A stretch of 64,000 nucleotides of DNA from an uncultured delta proteobacterium (GCA_963727445.1 CAVSGI010000010.1:1216001-1280000); one strand, 5' to 3'. Shown: positions 49,130 to 59,266, counted from the first letter of the stretch. Translations and numbers: made by a program. The notes: a model not told the origin generated them from the letters alone.

Positions 49130-49660
49130 ATGGCCGGCATCGACGAGTCGATCGACTTCGTCCCGGTCCGCATCGCGATCATCACGGTGTCGGACACGCG
49201 TACCGAAGAGACCGATCGCTCGGGACGCATCCTGGTGGAGCTCGCCGAGGGGGCGGGCCATGCGGTGCACCCGAAGGTGATCGTGCCTGACGAGCTGCCG
49301 CGGATCGTCGAGGCGCTCGAGGGATACGTCGACGATCCCGAGGTGGACGTGGTGATCACCACCGGCGGCACCGGGGTCACGGGACGCGACACCACGCCCG
49401 AAGCCCTCGCCGCCATCTGGGACAAAGAGATCCCCGGTTTCGGCGAGCTCTTCCGGCACCTGAGCTTCGCGACCATCGGGACCAGCACCGTTCAGTCGCG
49501 CGCCACCGCGGGTGTGGCACGAGGAACGTACGTCTTCGTTCTGCCGGGCTCGACCGGCGCAGTGAAGGATGCCTGGGAAGGCATCCTGAAGACGCAGCTC
49601 GACGTGCGCTACCGGCCCTGCAACTTCGTCGAGCTCTTGCCGCGCTTGAAGGAGCGCTGA
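49130..49660 (+). CDS. moaB: molybdenum cofactor biosynthesis protein B
   Basis: TVSDTR..DRSG, TTGGTGVTGRDTTPEA, IPGFGELFR, QSRATAG, LPGSTGA, RPCNFVEL. Confidence 0.93.
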   Translation: MAGIDESIDFVPVRIAIITVSDTRTEETDRSGRILVELAEGAGHAVHPKVIVPDELPRIVEALEGYVDDPEVDVVITTGGTGVTGRDTTPEALAAIWDKEIPGFGELFRHLSFATIGTSTVQSRATAGVARGTYVFVLPGSTGAVKDAWEGILKTQLDVRYRPCNFVELLPRLKER

Positions 49661-49666
49661 CGCGGC

Positions 49667-50860
49667 TTACTCTGCGGTGCCGGTGGGCATCGGCTCGACG
49701 CTCTGCAAGTAGGCCCACAGGGCCTGGAGCTCGACGTCGGTCATCTCGGCGGCGTAGGGCTGAATCAGCGTCATCGGGTAGCGAAGCTCGGTCCCGTCCG
49801 GACGCCGGAGCTCGCGCAGCGCGGTCACGAAATCGTCGTACTCCCAGTCCGCGAGACCCTCCGCGTGAGGCGTCAGGTTGCGCGCCGGAATCCAGTCCGG
49901 GGGACCGACGGGGATGGGGCCGCCGTTGAGGGTCTGCCGGTGGCATCCCGTGCAGACGCCGGCGAGGTGCTGGCCGAACTCGGCGGTGGGCGCGGTCTCG
50001 GGCGGGCGCTCGGCGTGCGTGCCGTCGTGATCATGGATCAGGTCGTACGCGAAGGGGAGCTTGCCCAGCGCCGTGAGCACGGTGCCTACCGGGCCCATCT
50101 CGGGCCGAGGCACGTCGTTGTCCACGGGCGGCACGGTGCGCAGGTACGCGATGATGTCCGAGAGCTCTTGATCGCTCATGAGCTGATAGTCGTCGGCGGG
50201 CATGGAGGACGGGTGCCCGCTCGGGAGCACGCCGTGTCGCACGCTGTGGTCCCAGTCCGCCACCGTGTAGTCCGCCGTGCGCCCACCCTCACCGGTGGTG
50301 AGGTTCGGGCCGAGGATCACGGCGAAGGCCGGGTCGTTGATCATCTCGCCGCCCCCGAAGTTCTGGCCGTGGCACTCGACGCAGGCGTAGCGCGCCTTCA
50401 CGAGGTGCTCGCCGCGGGCGATGGCGCGCTCGAGGGCGATGGCTTCGAGGTCCACGCCCTCCATGGGATCGACCTCGGGCTCGGGGGCGACCTCCGCCTG
50501 CGTCTCGCCTTCCACGTCGGTCGCGGTCTCGCCCTCCGCGTCGGTCTCGGTCTCGGTCTCGGTCTCCGTCGCCGTCTCGGTCTCCGAGTCCGTCTCGGTC
50601 TCCGTCGCCGTCTCCCCGTCCCCTTCCGTCTCCTCGACGTTGGCGACGGTTTCGGTCTCGAGCTCGGCGATTCGCTCGCGGCGGATCTGGGCGATCTCGG
50701 CCTGGGTCAGCGGAAAGGGGACCGGGAAATCCACGTCATGTGCTTCGACGATGCGGTCGCGCAGGCTGCTCGTCTTACTGGAAGCCCATCCGTAGAAGCC
50801 ACCCGCGGCGACGAGCAAGACGACGACCACGATTCCGATCCACTTGAGCGCTTTCTTCAT
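49667..50860 (-). CDS. membrane-anchored diheme cytochrome c with an acidic insertion
   Basis: N-terminal TM; RGEHL..CVECHG..PNLT..SMP; GQHL..CTGCH..RNLTP..YPM. Confidence 0.85.
   Translation of the reverse strand: MKKALKWIGIVVVVLLVAAGGFYGWASSKTSSLRDRIVEAHDVDFPVPFPLTQAEIAQIRRERIAELETETVANVEETEGDGETATETETDSETETATETETETETDAEGETATDVEGETQAEVAPEPEVDPMEGVDLEAIALERAIARGEHLVKARYACVECHGQNFGGGEMINDPAFAVILGPNLTTGEGGRTADYTVADWDHSVRHGVLPSGHPSSMPADDYQLMSDQELSDIIAYLRTVPPVDNDVPRPEMGPVGTVLTALGKLPFAYDLIHDHDGTHAERPPETAPTAEFGQHLAGVCTGCHRQTLNGGPIPVGPPDWIPARNLTPHAEGLADWEYDDFVTALRELRRPDGTELRYPMTLIQPYAAEMTDVELQALWAYLQSVEPMPTGTAE
50515..50665 (-). repeat. low-complexity Glu/Thr-coding hexamer repeat inside the cytochrome gene
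   Basis: Runs of GTCTCG/GTCTCC on the + strand encoding ETETETET on the - strand. Confidence 0.75.
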
Positions 50861-50903
50861 CGTGGCGGACCGTAGCCAACAATGGCTGCGTCCCGCAAGA
50901 GCC

Positions 50904-51674
50904 TCAGGGGACGGTGTCGCCCACATCCATTCGGAAGCGGAGCTTGCCGCCGCCTCCGCCACCACCGCAGAGGCTCGCCGCCACGTCGACCATCCTCACA
51001 CCTTCGACGACGGGACGACCTGTAATCCGGTCCACCAAACCGAGGTAGTAGGTCCCGCCCGGCGTGGAGCAGGAAGTCTTCCAATAGACCGTGACGTTCG
51101 TGGCGCCGGTCGAATCCTCACCGCCGATGATCGAGGGCCCGCCGTAACCGTCGTTGCGAATCACGTTGCCGCCACAATAGTCGGTGCGGGTGACGAAGGG
51201 GAGGAGGCGGCTGACGCCGATGGCGCCGTAGTAGCTGAGCGTGGCCACGTAGCGATCGCCCGCCTGAAGAGTGGAGGGGCCGGACGAGTCGAGCGGGTAG
51301 TAAGCCCCACTGATCGTGTTGTCCGGATCACAAACACAATCATTGCTGGCTTTGGCCTCGTCGAGGAGCGTCTGATCGGCGCCGGTGAGCCACCCATCGC
51401 GGTCGATGTCGGCGGCGGCATCACCGGAGGTGAAGGCGCTGTCGAAGAGGGACTGGTCCGCCCAGCCCACCTGGAAGTCCTGGTTCAGGTCGCCCGTGCA
51501 CGCGACGCAGAGCCCCTCCGACGTGCAGGTGGGGTGAGTTCCCGGACAGTCGGCGTTGGCCGCGCACTCGGTGACCAGCGCAGCCATCGCGCCGCCGACG
51601 TCCTCTGGGGCCACCTCCGCTGCGCACCCCACGGAGAAGACCAGAACCAGAATCGAAATCCGCTGAACCATCAT
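50904..51674 (-). CDS. hypothetical lipoprotein with a dockerin/EF-hand-like duplicated Ca-binding loop
   Basis: Lipobox SVGC; GDLNQDFQVGWADQSLF and ADIDRDGWLTGADQTLL; the 3' end is uncertain. Confidence 0.55.
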   Translation of the reverse strand: MMVQRISILVLVFSVGCAAEVAPEDVGGAMAALVTECAANADCPGTHPTCTSEGLCVACTGDLNQDFQVGWADQSLFDSAFTSGDAAADIDRDGWLTGADQTLLDEAKASNDCVCDPDNTISGAYYPLDSSGPSTLQAGDRYVATLSYYGAIGVSRLLPFVTRTDYCGGNVIRNDGYGGPSIIGGEDSTGATNVTVYWKTSCSTPGGTYYLGLVDRITGRPVVEGVRMVDVAASLCGGGGGGGKLRFRMDVGDTVP

Positions 51675-51791
51675 CGCCACGACCTCCGAGATTCAACTTC
51701 GCTCGGGGACGCGCATAAAGCGCCTTACAAAGGCTTAAAGCGGGCCAGATGCGAGTTTCGTGTGTGATGTCGACGACTTCGCCGGAGCCGA

Positions 51792-52292
51792 TCACTCGAG
51801 CATCACGACCTTGTGCTCGGTGCGGGGCTCGAGCTTGTGGTCCTTGATGGTGCGGACGCAGGCGTTCCAGCGAAGCGTGGTATCGGGGTTGCCCTCGGGG
51901 GCATCCTCGGCCGCCTGCTCGTAGTGATCCATCGCCTCGCGAAAGCATTCGTAGGCGTTCTCGCTGGCGAGGCCCTTGTTGAGATAGGCCCGCCCCTCGC
52001 GCTCGCAGATCAGGGCCTGATAGTAGATCCGCTCGTACTTGCTCTCGAGCGACTTGGCGTGCCTGCGCGCGAGCCGGATCCGCGACGTCGAGGCGCTCTC
52101 GGCGAACTGGTCGGTGAGGGCCAGGATCAGGATGCGCTTCGCGATCTGGTTGTCGGGCTCGACCTCGAGGATGTCGAGGCAGATGCTCTCGGCCTGAGAC
52201 GGATCGTTGAGGAGCCGGTAGTGCTCGGCCTTCTCGATCGCGGTCTTCACCTCGTCCGGATCGATCTTCTTCAGCTCGAACTCTTCACTCAT
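51792..52292 (-). CDS. TPR-like hypothetical protein, last gene of the sdh operon
   Basis: Helical sequence AIEKAEHYRLLN..AESICLDILEVEPDNQ, AMDHYEQA..LRWNAC; co-directional with sdhB. Confidence 0.7.
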   Translation of the reverse strand: MSEEFELKKIDPDEVKTAIEKAEHYRLLNDPSQAESICLDILEVEPDNQIAKRILILALTDQFAESASTSRIRLARRHAKSLESKYERIYYQALICEREGRAYLNKGLASENAYECFREAMDHYEQAAEDAPEGNPDTTLRWNACVRTIKDHKLEPRTEHKVVMLE

Positions 52293-52347
52293 CGCCGCCC
52301 CCACAGTGCGTTGTCGCGCGGGGCTCCGAGGCGGCCCCCCGCGAGCC

Positions 52348-53128
52348 CTAGCCCTCGCCCTTTTCCTCGGCGAGGGTCTTCTTCCGAACCTTCTTACCAG
52401 TGAGCAGGCGCGCGATCGAGAGCAGGGGGTCGTAGTAGCGGTCGACCACCCGCTCCTTCAGCGGAATGATGCCGTTATCCGTGATGCCGATGTGCTCCGG
52501 GCAGACCTCGGTGCAGCAGCGGGTGATGTTGCACATCCCCGAGCCGTACTCCTTCTTGATCTCCGGGATGCGGTCGTCCTGATCGAGCGGGTGCATCTCG
52601 AGCTGCCCGACGCGGATCATGAAGCGGGGGCCGACGAAGCGATCCTTGCCCTCGCGGTCGCGCAGGACGTGGCAGACGTCCTGGCAGAGGTAGCACTCGA
52701 TGCACTTGCGGAACTCCTGCACCCGGTCGACGTCCTCCTGGTACATGCGGTAGTTGCCGTCGGCGTCGCGCTTCGGCGGCTTGAGCGGGCGGATGCGCTT
52801 GTTCTGCTCGTAGTTCCAGCTGACGTCGGTCACCAGGTCCTTGATGACCGGGAACGTCTTGAGCGGCTGCACGGTGATCTCGCCCTCGGGGAGGCTGTTC
52901 ATCCGCGTCATGCACGCGAGCTTCGGCTTGCCGTTGATCTCCATGCTGCAGGAGCCGCACTTGCCGGCCTTGCAGTTCCAACGACACGCGAGGTCGGGGG
53001 CCTGGGTGTGCCTGGACGCCGTGGATGACGTCGAGGACGACCATGCCCTCGGAGACCTCCTGCTCGTAGGTCTCGAACTTGCCGCCTTCGGAGTCGCCGC
53101 GCCAGATCTTCAGAGTCCGCTTCGCCAT
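52348..53128 (-). CDS. sdhB: succinate dehydrogenase/fumarate reductase iron-sulfur subunit (frameshift ~53010)
   Basis: GMVVLDVIH, RWNCKAGKCGSCSMEING..LACM, CIECYLCQDVCH, CNITRCCTEVCP. Confidence 0.88.
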
Positions 53129-54979
53129 CACGCGTCCTTCCCGACCTTGCCGGATTCGAGGTCCTCGAGGGTCGCCTCCGCGATCGCCTTGAGCAGGGGA
53201 TCGGGATCCGGGCGCTCGACCTTCTCGACCTTCATCTCGCCGTCGTCACCCTTGGAGACGACGATGTTGTACTTGAGCCACTCCTCGTGCTCGCCTTCGT
53301 AGTCGATGCGGGTGTGGGCGCCGCGGCTCTCCTCGCGCATGTGCGCGGCGCGGGCCACCGCTTCGCCGGTGAGCATCATGGAGGGGATGTCGAGGGCCTC
53401 GTTCCAGCCGGGGTTGTACTGGCTCGCGCCCTTGGCCTTGACGTTCGCGGCCTTGTCCTTGAGCGCCTGGAGCTTCTCGATGCCCTCCTCGAGCTGCTTG
53501 CCCTCGCGGATGATCCCGACGTGCTCGCTCATGATGTCCTGGAGCTCTTCGTGGACCAGGTACGGGTTCTCGCCGCTCTCGCGCTTGAGCGGCGCGGTGG
53601 CCCAGCGCACGAGGCCCTCGATCTGCTCGTCGTCGGCCTTCGGGGTCTTGTCGAGGCCGCCCACGTAGTCGGCGGCGCCGTCGCCGGCGAGCTTGCCGAA
53701 GACGATCAGGTCGGAGAGCGAGTTTCCGCCGAGGCGGTTGGCGCCGTGCAGCCCCGCGGCGCACTCGCCGCAGGCGAAGAGGCCGGGCACGTTCGTCATC
53801 TGCGTGTCGGCGTCGACCCGGATGCCGCCCATGAAGTAGTGGAGCGTGGGGCCGACCTGCATCGGCTCGGCGGTGATGTCGACCTCGGCCAGCTCCTTGA
53901 ACTGGTGGTACATCGACGGGAGCTTGCTTCTTGATGAACTCGGCTTCGCGCCGCGACGCGATGTCGAGGAAGGCGCCGCCCTTGGGCGAGCCGCGGCCGG
54001 CCTTGACCTCGGCGAGGATGGCCCGGGCGACGACGTCGCGGGTGAGGAGCTCCGGCGGGCGCCGCGCCTCCTTGTCGCCTTCGAGCCAGCGCTGGGCCTC
54101 CTCGATCGTGTCGGCGGTCTCCGCTGCTGAAGCGGTCCGGGACGTACTCGAACATGAAGCGCTTGCCCTCGCTGTTGAGGAGGATGCCGCCCTCGCCGCG
54201 GACGCCTTCGGTGACCAGCGTGCCCCGGACCGACGGAGGCCAGACCATCCCGGTCGGATGGAACTGGGTGAACTCCACGTCCATCAGCTCGGCGCCGGCG
54301 TCGTAGGCGAGGCGAAGGCCGTCGCCGGTGTACTCCCAGGAGTTGCTGGTGACGTGCCAGGCAGCGGCCGCCGCCGCCCGTGGCCATGATCACGGCCTTG
54401 GCGCGGAAGAGCACGAAGCGGCCCGTCTCGCGCCAGTAGCCCACGGCGCCGGCGATGCGTTCGCCGTCCTTGAGCAGGCCGACGCAGGTGCACTCCATGT
54501 GGAAGTCGATGCCCTTGTGGACGCCGTGGTCCTGGAGCGTGCGGATCAGCTCGAGGCCGGTGCGGTCGCCGACGTGGGCCAGGCGCGGGTAGCGGTGACC
54601 GCCGAAGTTGCGCTGGTTGATCAGACCGTCTTTGGTGCGGTCGAAGACCGCGCCCCAGTCCTCGAGCTCGCGCACGCGCTCGGGCGCCTGCTTCGCGTGC
54701 AGCTCGGCCATGCGCCAGACGTTGAGGAACTTGCCGCCGCGCATCGTGTCGCGGAAGTGGACCTTCCAGTTGTCGCGGCTGTCGACGTTGCCCATCGACG
54801 CGGCCATCCCGCCCTCGGCCATGACCGTGTGGGCCTTGCCGAGGAGGCTCTTGGAGATGACGCCGGTGTTCATGCCCGCGGGCGCTGCACTCGATGGCCG
54901 CGCGCAGGCCCGCGCCACCGGCGCCGATGACGAGCACGTCGTGCTCGAATGTTTGAAGCTCGGAGACGTCGAGAGCCAT
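53128..54979 (-). CDS. sdhA: succinate dehydrogenase/fumarate reductase flavoprotein (frameshifts ~54880, ~54360, ~54125, ~53930)
   Basis: VIGAGGAGLRAA, KAHTVMAEGG, QFHPTG, TEGVRGEGG, HYFMGG, LHGANRLGGNSL, ESRGAH. Confidence 0.88.
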
Positions 54980-54989
54980 GCTCAGTCCC

Positions 54990-55826
54990 TCACATGTCCC
55001 AGGTGTTGAAGTCGGTGATCACGCCCATCGAGACCAGCCGGACGTAGAGGTCGGTGAAGCCGACCCAGAAGAGGCTGATCCAGGCGAAGAGCTGGTGACG
55101 CTCGTTGAGCCACGACGACTTCTTCCAGGCGCCGTACTTGAGCGTGCTCTGCCCGCAGGACATGCAGTTGTCGTGACCGCCGATGACGTGGCGGAACGAG
55201 TGACACCCGAGGGTGTAGCTGCCGAGGAAGACCACGTTCAGGGTCAAGACGATGCTCCCGACCCCGATGCCGAGCGCGCCGTCCCGGTGGTAAGCCATCC
55301 ACGCGTCGTGGGCGAGGAAGAAGAGGAAGATGACGGCGAAGTACATCGCGTAGCGATGCAGGTTCTGGAAGAGCAGAAGCGAGGTCTCGCCGTTGTACTT
55401 GCGCTTACCGGCGGCCATGGGGCCCACGGCGCAGGCCGAGGGCGAGCCGGTGAAGGCGCGGTAGTAGGCCTTGCGGTAGTAGTAACAGGTGAACCGGAAG
55501 GAGAGCGGGAAGATCAGGATGAGCATCGCCGGCGACGGCGGGAGGAAATCGGGCCACCAGGCAGGCCACTCACCGAACCAGGCGATGTCGAGGGGCGCAT
55601 GCCCCGCCGCCTCGAGATGCGTGAACAGAACCGGTGAGTAGAAAGGGCTCAGATACGAGCCGTTCGCCCAGTAGTTGCTCGCCTGAAAGAGCGCCCAGTT
55701 CGCATACGCGACGAAGGCGCTCAGGCCGAGGAAGACGGCGAGGGGACCCCCCCACCAGTTGTCCTTCCTCTTGGTGGCGCCGAACCCGTTTTCGTGCCCT
55801 CCGAGGACCGGAAGATGAGTGGCCAT
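54990..55826 (-). CDS. succinate dehydrogenase membrane anchor, mycobacterial Sdh1 (Rv0249c)-like
   Basis: YLSPFYSP, FRFTCYYYRKAYYR, YNGETS..QNLHRY, YTLGCHSFRH, HQLFAWISL. Confidence 0.8.
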   Translation of the reverse strand: MATHLPVLGGHENGFGATKRKDNWWGGPLAVFLGLSAFVAYANWALFQASNYWANGSYLSPFYSPVLFTHLEAAGHAPLDIAWFGEWPAWWPDFLPPSPAMLILIFPLSFRFTCYYYRKAYYRAFTGSPSACAVGPMAAGKRKYNGETSLLLFQNLHRYAMYFAVIFLFFLAHDAWMAYHRDGALGIGVGSIVLTLNVVFLGSYTLGCHSFRHVIGGHDNCMSCGQSTLKYGAWKKSSWLNERHQLFAWISLFWVGFTDLYVRLVSMGVITDFNTWDM

Positions 55827-56011
55827 CGAGCTGCTCTCCCATCCGCGGGACCCGAATGATTACGGGCCCACCCGCGCGCGCACCCTAGCCCTCTGGGGAG
55901 TCCGAGGCAAGGGACATAGGAACGGACCTCGCTTTCTCGCTTTTGCCCCCAAACGTCGAGCCCCGCTGCAGCCGTCACCGCGCGAAAGCGAGAGAGCGAG
56001 GTCCTTGGTGT

Positions 56012-56626
56012 TCAGCGCGTGCAGAGGCCAGGACAGGGCAGTCCGCTGCTCCCGCCGGGCGTGCAGTCGTCGCTCGGGTCGTCGACGCAAGTGGCGCCGT
56101 CGGGGCAGGAGAGCACGGGGAAGTCGGGGTAGCACTCGGCGGCGCCGAAGCCGTCGCTGCCCGGCGAACGGCCGTCGCCGGAGCCATCGCTGCCAGGCGT
56201 GCCCGAAGGGGCCACGTCGCAGATTCCGGGACAGCCGTCGCGCGCGTCGCCGTCGCAGGTGTCGCTGGGATCGTCGACGCAGATCTCACCGTCCGGGCAG
56301 CCGAAGCCGCCGCCCGAGCCGTCTCCGAAGTCGAGGCCGACAACGCAGGGCATGCCCGAGCCGGTGGGGCCGCCATCCGCCGGCGGCGGGGGCGGTGGAA
56401 GGGCCGAGTCGGGCGCAGAGGACGAGCCGGAATCTGACGTGGGTGAGCCGGCGTCCGGAGGATCGCTGGGATAGGTGGGCGTCATGCCGGCGTCGTCGGG
56501 GGCGGCTGGCGGTGGCGTGGGGGGTGGCGGTGCGCCGCTGTCGTCGGACGCGGCCGCGTCTTGGTGACAGCCCGCGAGGGCGAGGAGGAATCCGATGATG
56601 AGGGGGGTCGTTCGTCGTCCGTTCAC
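56012..56626 (-). CDS. Pro-rich lipoprotein with two Cys-rich modules
   Basis: GAAGGAG SD; lipobox LAGC; CPDGEICVDDPSDTC..CPGIC and CPDGATCVDDPSDDC..CPGLC. Confidence 0.7.
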   Translation of the reverse strand: MNGRRTTPLIIGFLLALAGCHQDAAASDDSGAPPPPTPPPAAPDDAGMTPTYPSDPPDAGSPTSDSGSSSAPDSALPPPPPPADGGPTGSGMPCVVGLDFGDGSGGGFGCPDGEICVDDPSDTCDGDARDGCPGICDVAPSGTPGSDGSGDGRSPGSDGFGAAECYPDFPVLSCPDGATCVDDPSDDCTPGGSSGLPCPGLCTR

Positions 56627-56808
56627 GCTTACTCCTTCGGGCGTGCAATCGCCTGCCGAAGTGGAGGAGAGCAACGGGCGTGCCGCGACGGATTCGCGAG
56701 GGAAGACCCTGGACCGTGGCTCCCCGGCGTTTCGTGTGAGGGGATCGCGCTCGGGTTCGATGTCCCCAAGCCGCTCTCTGTCCCCAACATCGACGTTACA
56801 CTGTCGCG

Positions 56809-57840
56809 ATGACGACGAAGGACGACAAGGACGAGATTCGCGCGCGGGTGATCCGCTCGGCGCAGAGCGCGGCGATGCTTCACCTCGCGTACTTCGGTGT
56901 GACCGCGGGGGTCTTCGAAGCGCTGGAGCGCCTCGAGCGCGCGACGCCGGGGGCCATCGCGAAAGAGGCGGGTCGTGACGCGGGCTACGTCGCGCGTTGG
57001 TGCGATGCGGCGTATGCCTTCGAGCTCCTGCGGGAAGCGGAGGACGGGATCTTCGAGCTGACGCCGCTCGGGGCGTCGTTCTTGCCGAAGGCGCAGGGGA
57101 CGATGATGCCGCTCGCCATCGGCGCGGTGCTCGGGGCGCACATGGCCGAGCGCGCGAGTGGGCTCTCGGTCTCGGGGGAGCGTCCGGGCGAATCTGTGCT
57201 CGCCGAGCGGGAGACGATCCTGCCGTGGTTCGGGCCGATGCTCGAGGCGCAGTTCGGGCCCTTCTTCGAGCGGGAGATCGCCGGCTCACTCGACGCGTTC
57301 GCGGCGATCGACGCGCGGGGCGGGACGGTGGTGGACCTCGGCTGCGGCAACGGCTGGTACCTGCGGCGGCTCGCGACGCGCCATTCGAAGCTGCGCGGGA
57401 TCGGTCTCGACGGCTTCGAGGCGAACATCTCGGCGGCGAAAGAGGCGGCGGAGCGTGAGGGCGTCGCAGACCGGTTGAGCTTTCGAACGGGCGACCTGCA
57501 CCATTTCACTGTCGACGAGCCGGTGGACGCGATCGCGATGAACCGTGCGCTCCACCACGTGTGGAGCGACAAGGCGAACGTCTTTCGGATCCTGCGCGAG
57601 CACCTCGTGCCGGGCGGCGTCGCGGTGATCTGGGAGCCCGCGTGGCCGGACGAGCGGAGCGCGCTTCGCGCCCTCGCCATGCGTCCGATGGCGTTTCAGA
57701 ACCTGGCGGAGCACGTCCAGGGCAATCACTTCTTGCGGCCCGCGGAGATCGCCGAAGAGCTCGAGGCGTCGGGTTTCGACGCCTCGATTCGGCTCTTCGC
57801 TGAGGGGCGGGAGGCGGTGGTGGTGGGGGTCAGGCGCTAG
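56809..57840 (+). CDS. class I SAM-dependent methyltransferase with an N-terminal winged-helix domain
   Basis: IAKEAGRDAGYVARWC, VVDLGCGNG, ALHH, LVPGG. Confidence 0.85.
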   Translation: MTTKDDKDEIRARVIRSAQSAAMLHLAYFGVTAGVFEALERLERATPGAIAKEAGRDAGYVARWCDAAYAFELLREAEDGIFELTPLGASFLPKAQGTMMPLAIGAVLGAHMAERASGLSVSGERPGESVLAERETILPWFGPMLEAQFGPFFEREIAGSLDAFAAIDARGGTVVDLGCGNGWYLRRLATRHSKLRGIGLDGFEANISAAKEAAEREGVADRLSFRTGDLHHFTVDEPVDAIAMNRALHHVWSDKANVFRILREHLVPGGVAVIWEPAWPDERSALRALAMRPMAFQNLAEHVQGNHFLRPAEIAEELEASGFDASIRLFAEGREAVVVGVRR

Positions 57841-57876
57841 ACGCGCGCGCCGGAGTGTGGGCGAAGCCCACGCGCA

Positions 57877-58495
57877 CCGAAGTCCGACCCATCGCCCGAT
57901 GCCTCCGAGAGCGGTTCGCCTGCGCGGGCCGAAGTCCGACCCATCGGGCGTTGCCGCCGAGAGCGGTTCGCCTGCGCGGGCCGAAGTCCGACCCACCGGG
58001 CGTTGCCGCCGAGAGCGGTTCGCCTGCGCGCGCCGAAGTCCGACCCATCGCCCGATGCCTACGAGAGCGGTTCGCCTGCGCGGGCCGAAGTCCGACCCAT
58101 CGGGCGTTGCCGCCGAGAGCGGTTCGCCTGCGCGCACCGAAGTCCGACCCATCGGGCGTTGCCGCCGAGAGCGGTTCGCCTGCGCGGCCCGAAGTCCGAC
58201 CCACCGGGCGTTGCCTCCGAGAGCGGTTCGCCTGCGCGACCGAGGTCCGACCCATCGCCCGATGCCTACGAGAGCGGTCCGCTCACGCGAGCCGAGGTCC
58301 GACCCATCACCCGATGCCTACGAGAGCGGTCCGCTCACGCGAGCCGAAGTCCGGCCCATCGCCCGATGCCTACGAGAGCGGTCCGCTCACGCGAGCCGAA
58401 GTCCGCCCCATCACCCGATGCCTACGAGAGCGGTCCGCTCACGCGAGCCGAGGTCCGACCCATCACCCGATGCCCCCGAGAGCGGTCCGCCTCGA
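57877..58495. repeat. non-coding tandem array, 12 copies of a 52-bp unit
   Basis: Units CCGA(A/G)GTCCGACCCA...GAGAGCGGT(T/C)CGC... start at 57877, 57929, 57981, 58033, 58085, 58137, 58189, 58240, 58292, 58344, 58396 and 58448; lies between convergent genes. Confidence 0.95.
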
Positions 58496-58581
58496 CCGAA
58501 TCGTCCGTTACGCCGTTCTTCGCCGCGGAGACGTGACCAATCGCTTGCCCGGGGGCGTGGATGGGCGAAACCAAGACCCGA

Positions 58582-59266
58582 TCAGCGCACGACCTTGAAC
58601 GCGAAGGACGGGGTCTGCAGCTTGCCGTAGAGGCGCGTCCAGATCGGCAGGAGCATCTCCGTGGCGCGGGCGCTGTCGATGCCGCCCATGTCGACGACGT
58701 CCTTCCAGCCGAACCACTCCTTCAGGTAGCCAGCGACGGTGTTGCGCGCACCCTCGTCGTCGCCGCAGACGAACATGGTGTGATCCCCGCCGGCGAGCTG
58801 GCTGGGATCGACCATCAAGAAGGCGTTCACCGTGTTGAGGGTCTTGACGACCTTGGCGCCGGGGAACGCTTTCTGGATCTGCTCACCGAGGGAGTCGGTG
58901 TTGCAGACCGAGAGGCTCGGCGGGAAGCCCTTTGAGAAGTCGAGTGGGTTCGAGATGTCGATGAGGATCTTGCCCTCGAGGTTGTCCTTGCCCGCCTGCT
59001 CGAGCATCGCCAATGCGCCCATGCCGTTGCCGGCATTGACGACGAGCTCGCGCGTTCTTCGCCGCGTCTGCGAAGGTCTCGAGACCGACCTTGTCGTTCG
59101 CCTTTCGCCATTCGGCGATGGGCGGAAGGCCCGCCATGTCCTTTTCGGTGCGCGCCATCGTCGCTTCGACGTCCCGTGTGCCGATGACGACGTCGTGTCC
59201 GAGCGAGGAGAGCTTCCCCGCGATGACCTTGCCAACCACCCCCGTGCCGAGAACCGCGATCTTCAT
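58582..59266 (-). CDS. NADP oxidoreductase, F420-dependent reductase family (frameshift ~59055)
   Basis: MKIAVLGTGVVG Rossmann motif; LIDISNPL, SLGEQIQ..VVKTLNT, FVCGDD; GGAGG SD. Confidence 0.85.

Noticed and set aside
52348..54979. sdhA and sdhB as true pseudogenes
   Set aside because: All cofactor motifs are intact and only single-base frame breaks are seen, matching the window-wide error pattern
57877..58495. CRISPR array
   Set aside because: Units are head-to-tail repeats without unique spacers, and no cas genes are present in the window
57830..58630. ORFs spanning the 52-bp array on both strands
   Set aside because: The 52-nt period cycles through all frames and gives the same peptides in each; these ORFs arise from a stop-poor repeat
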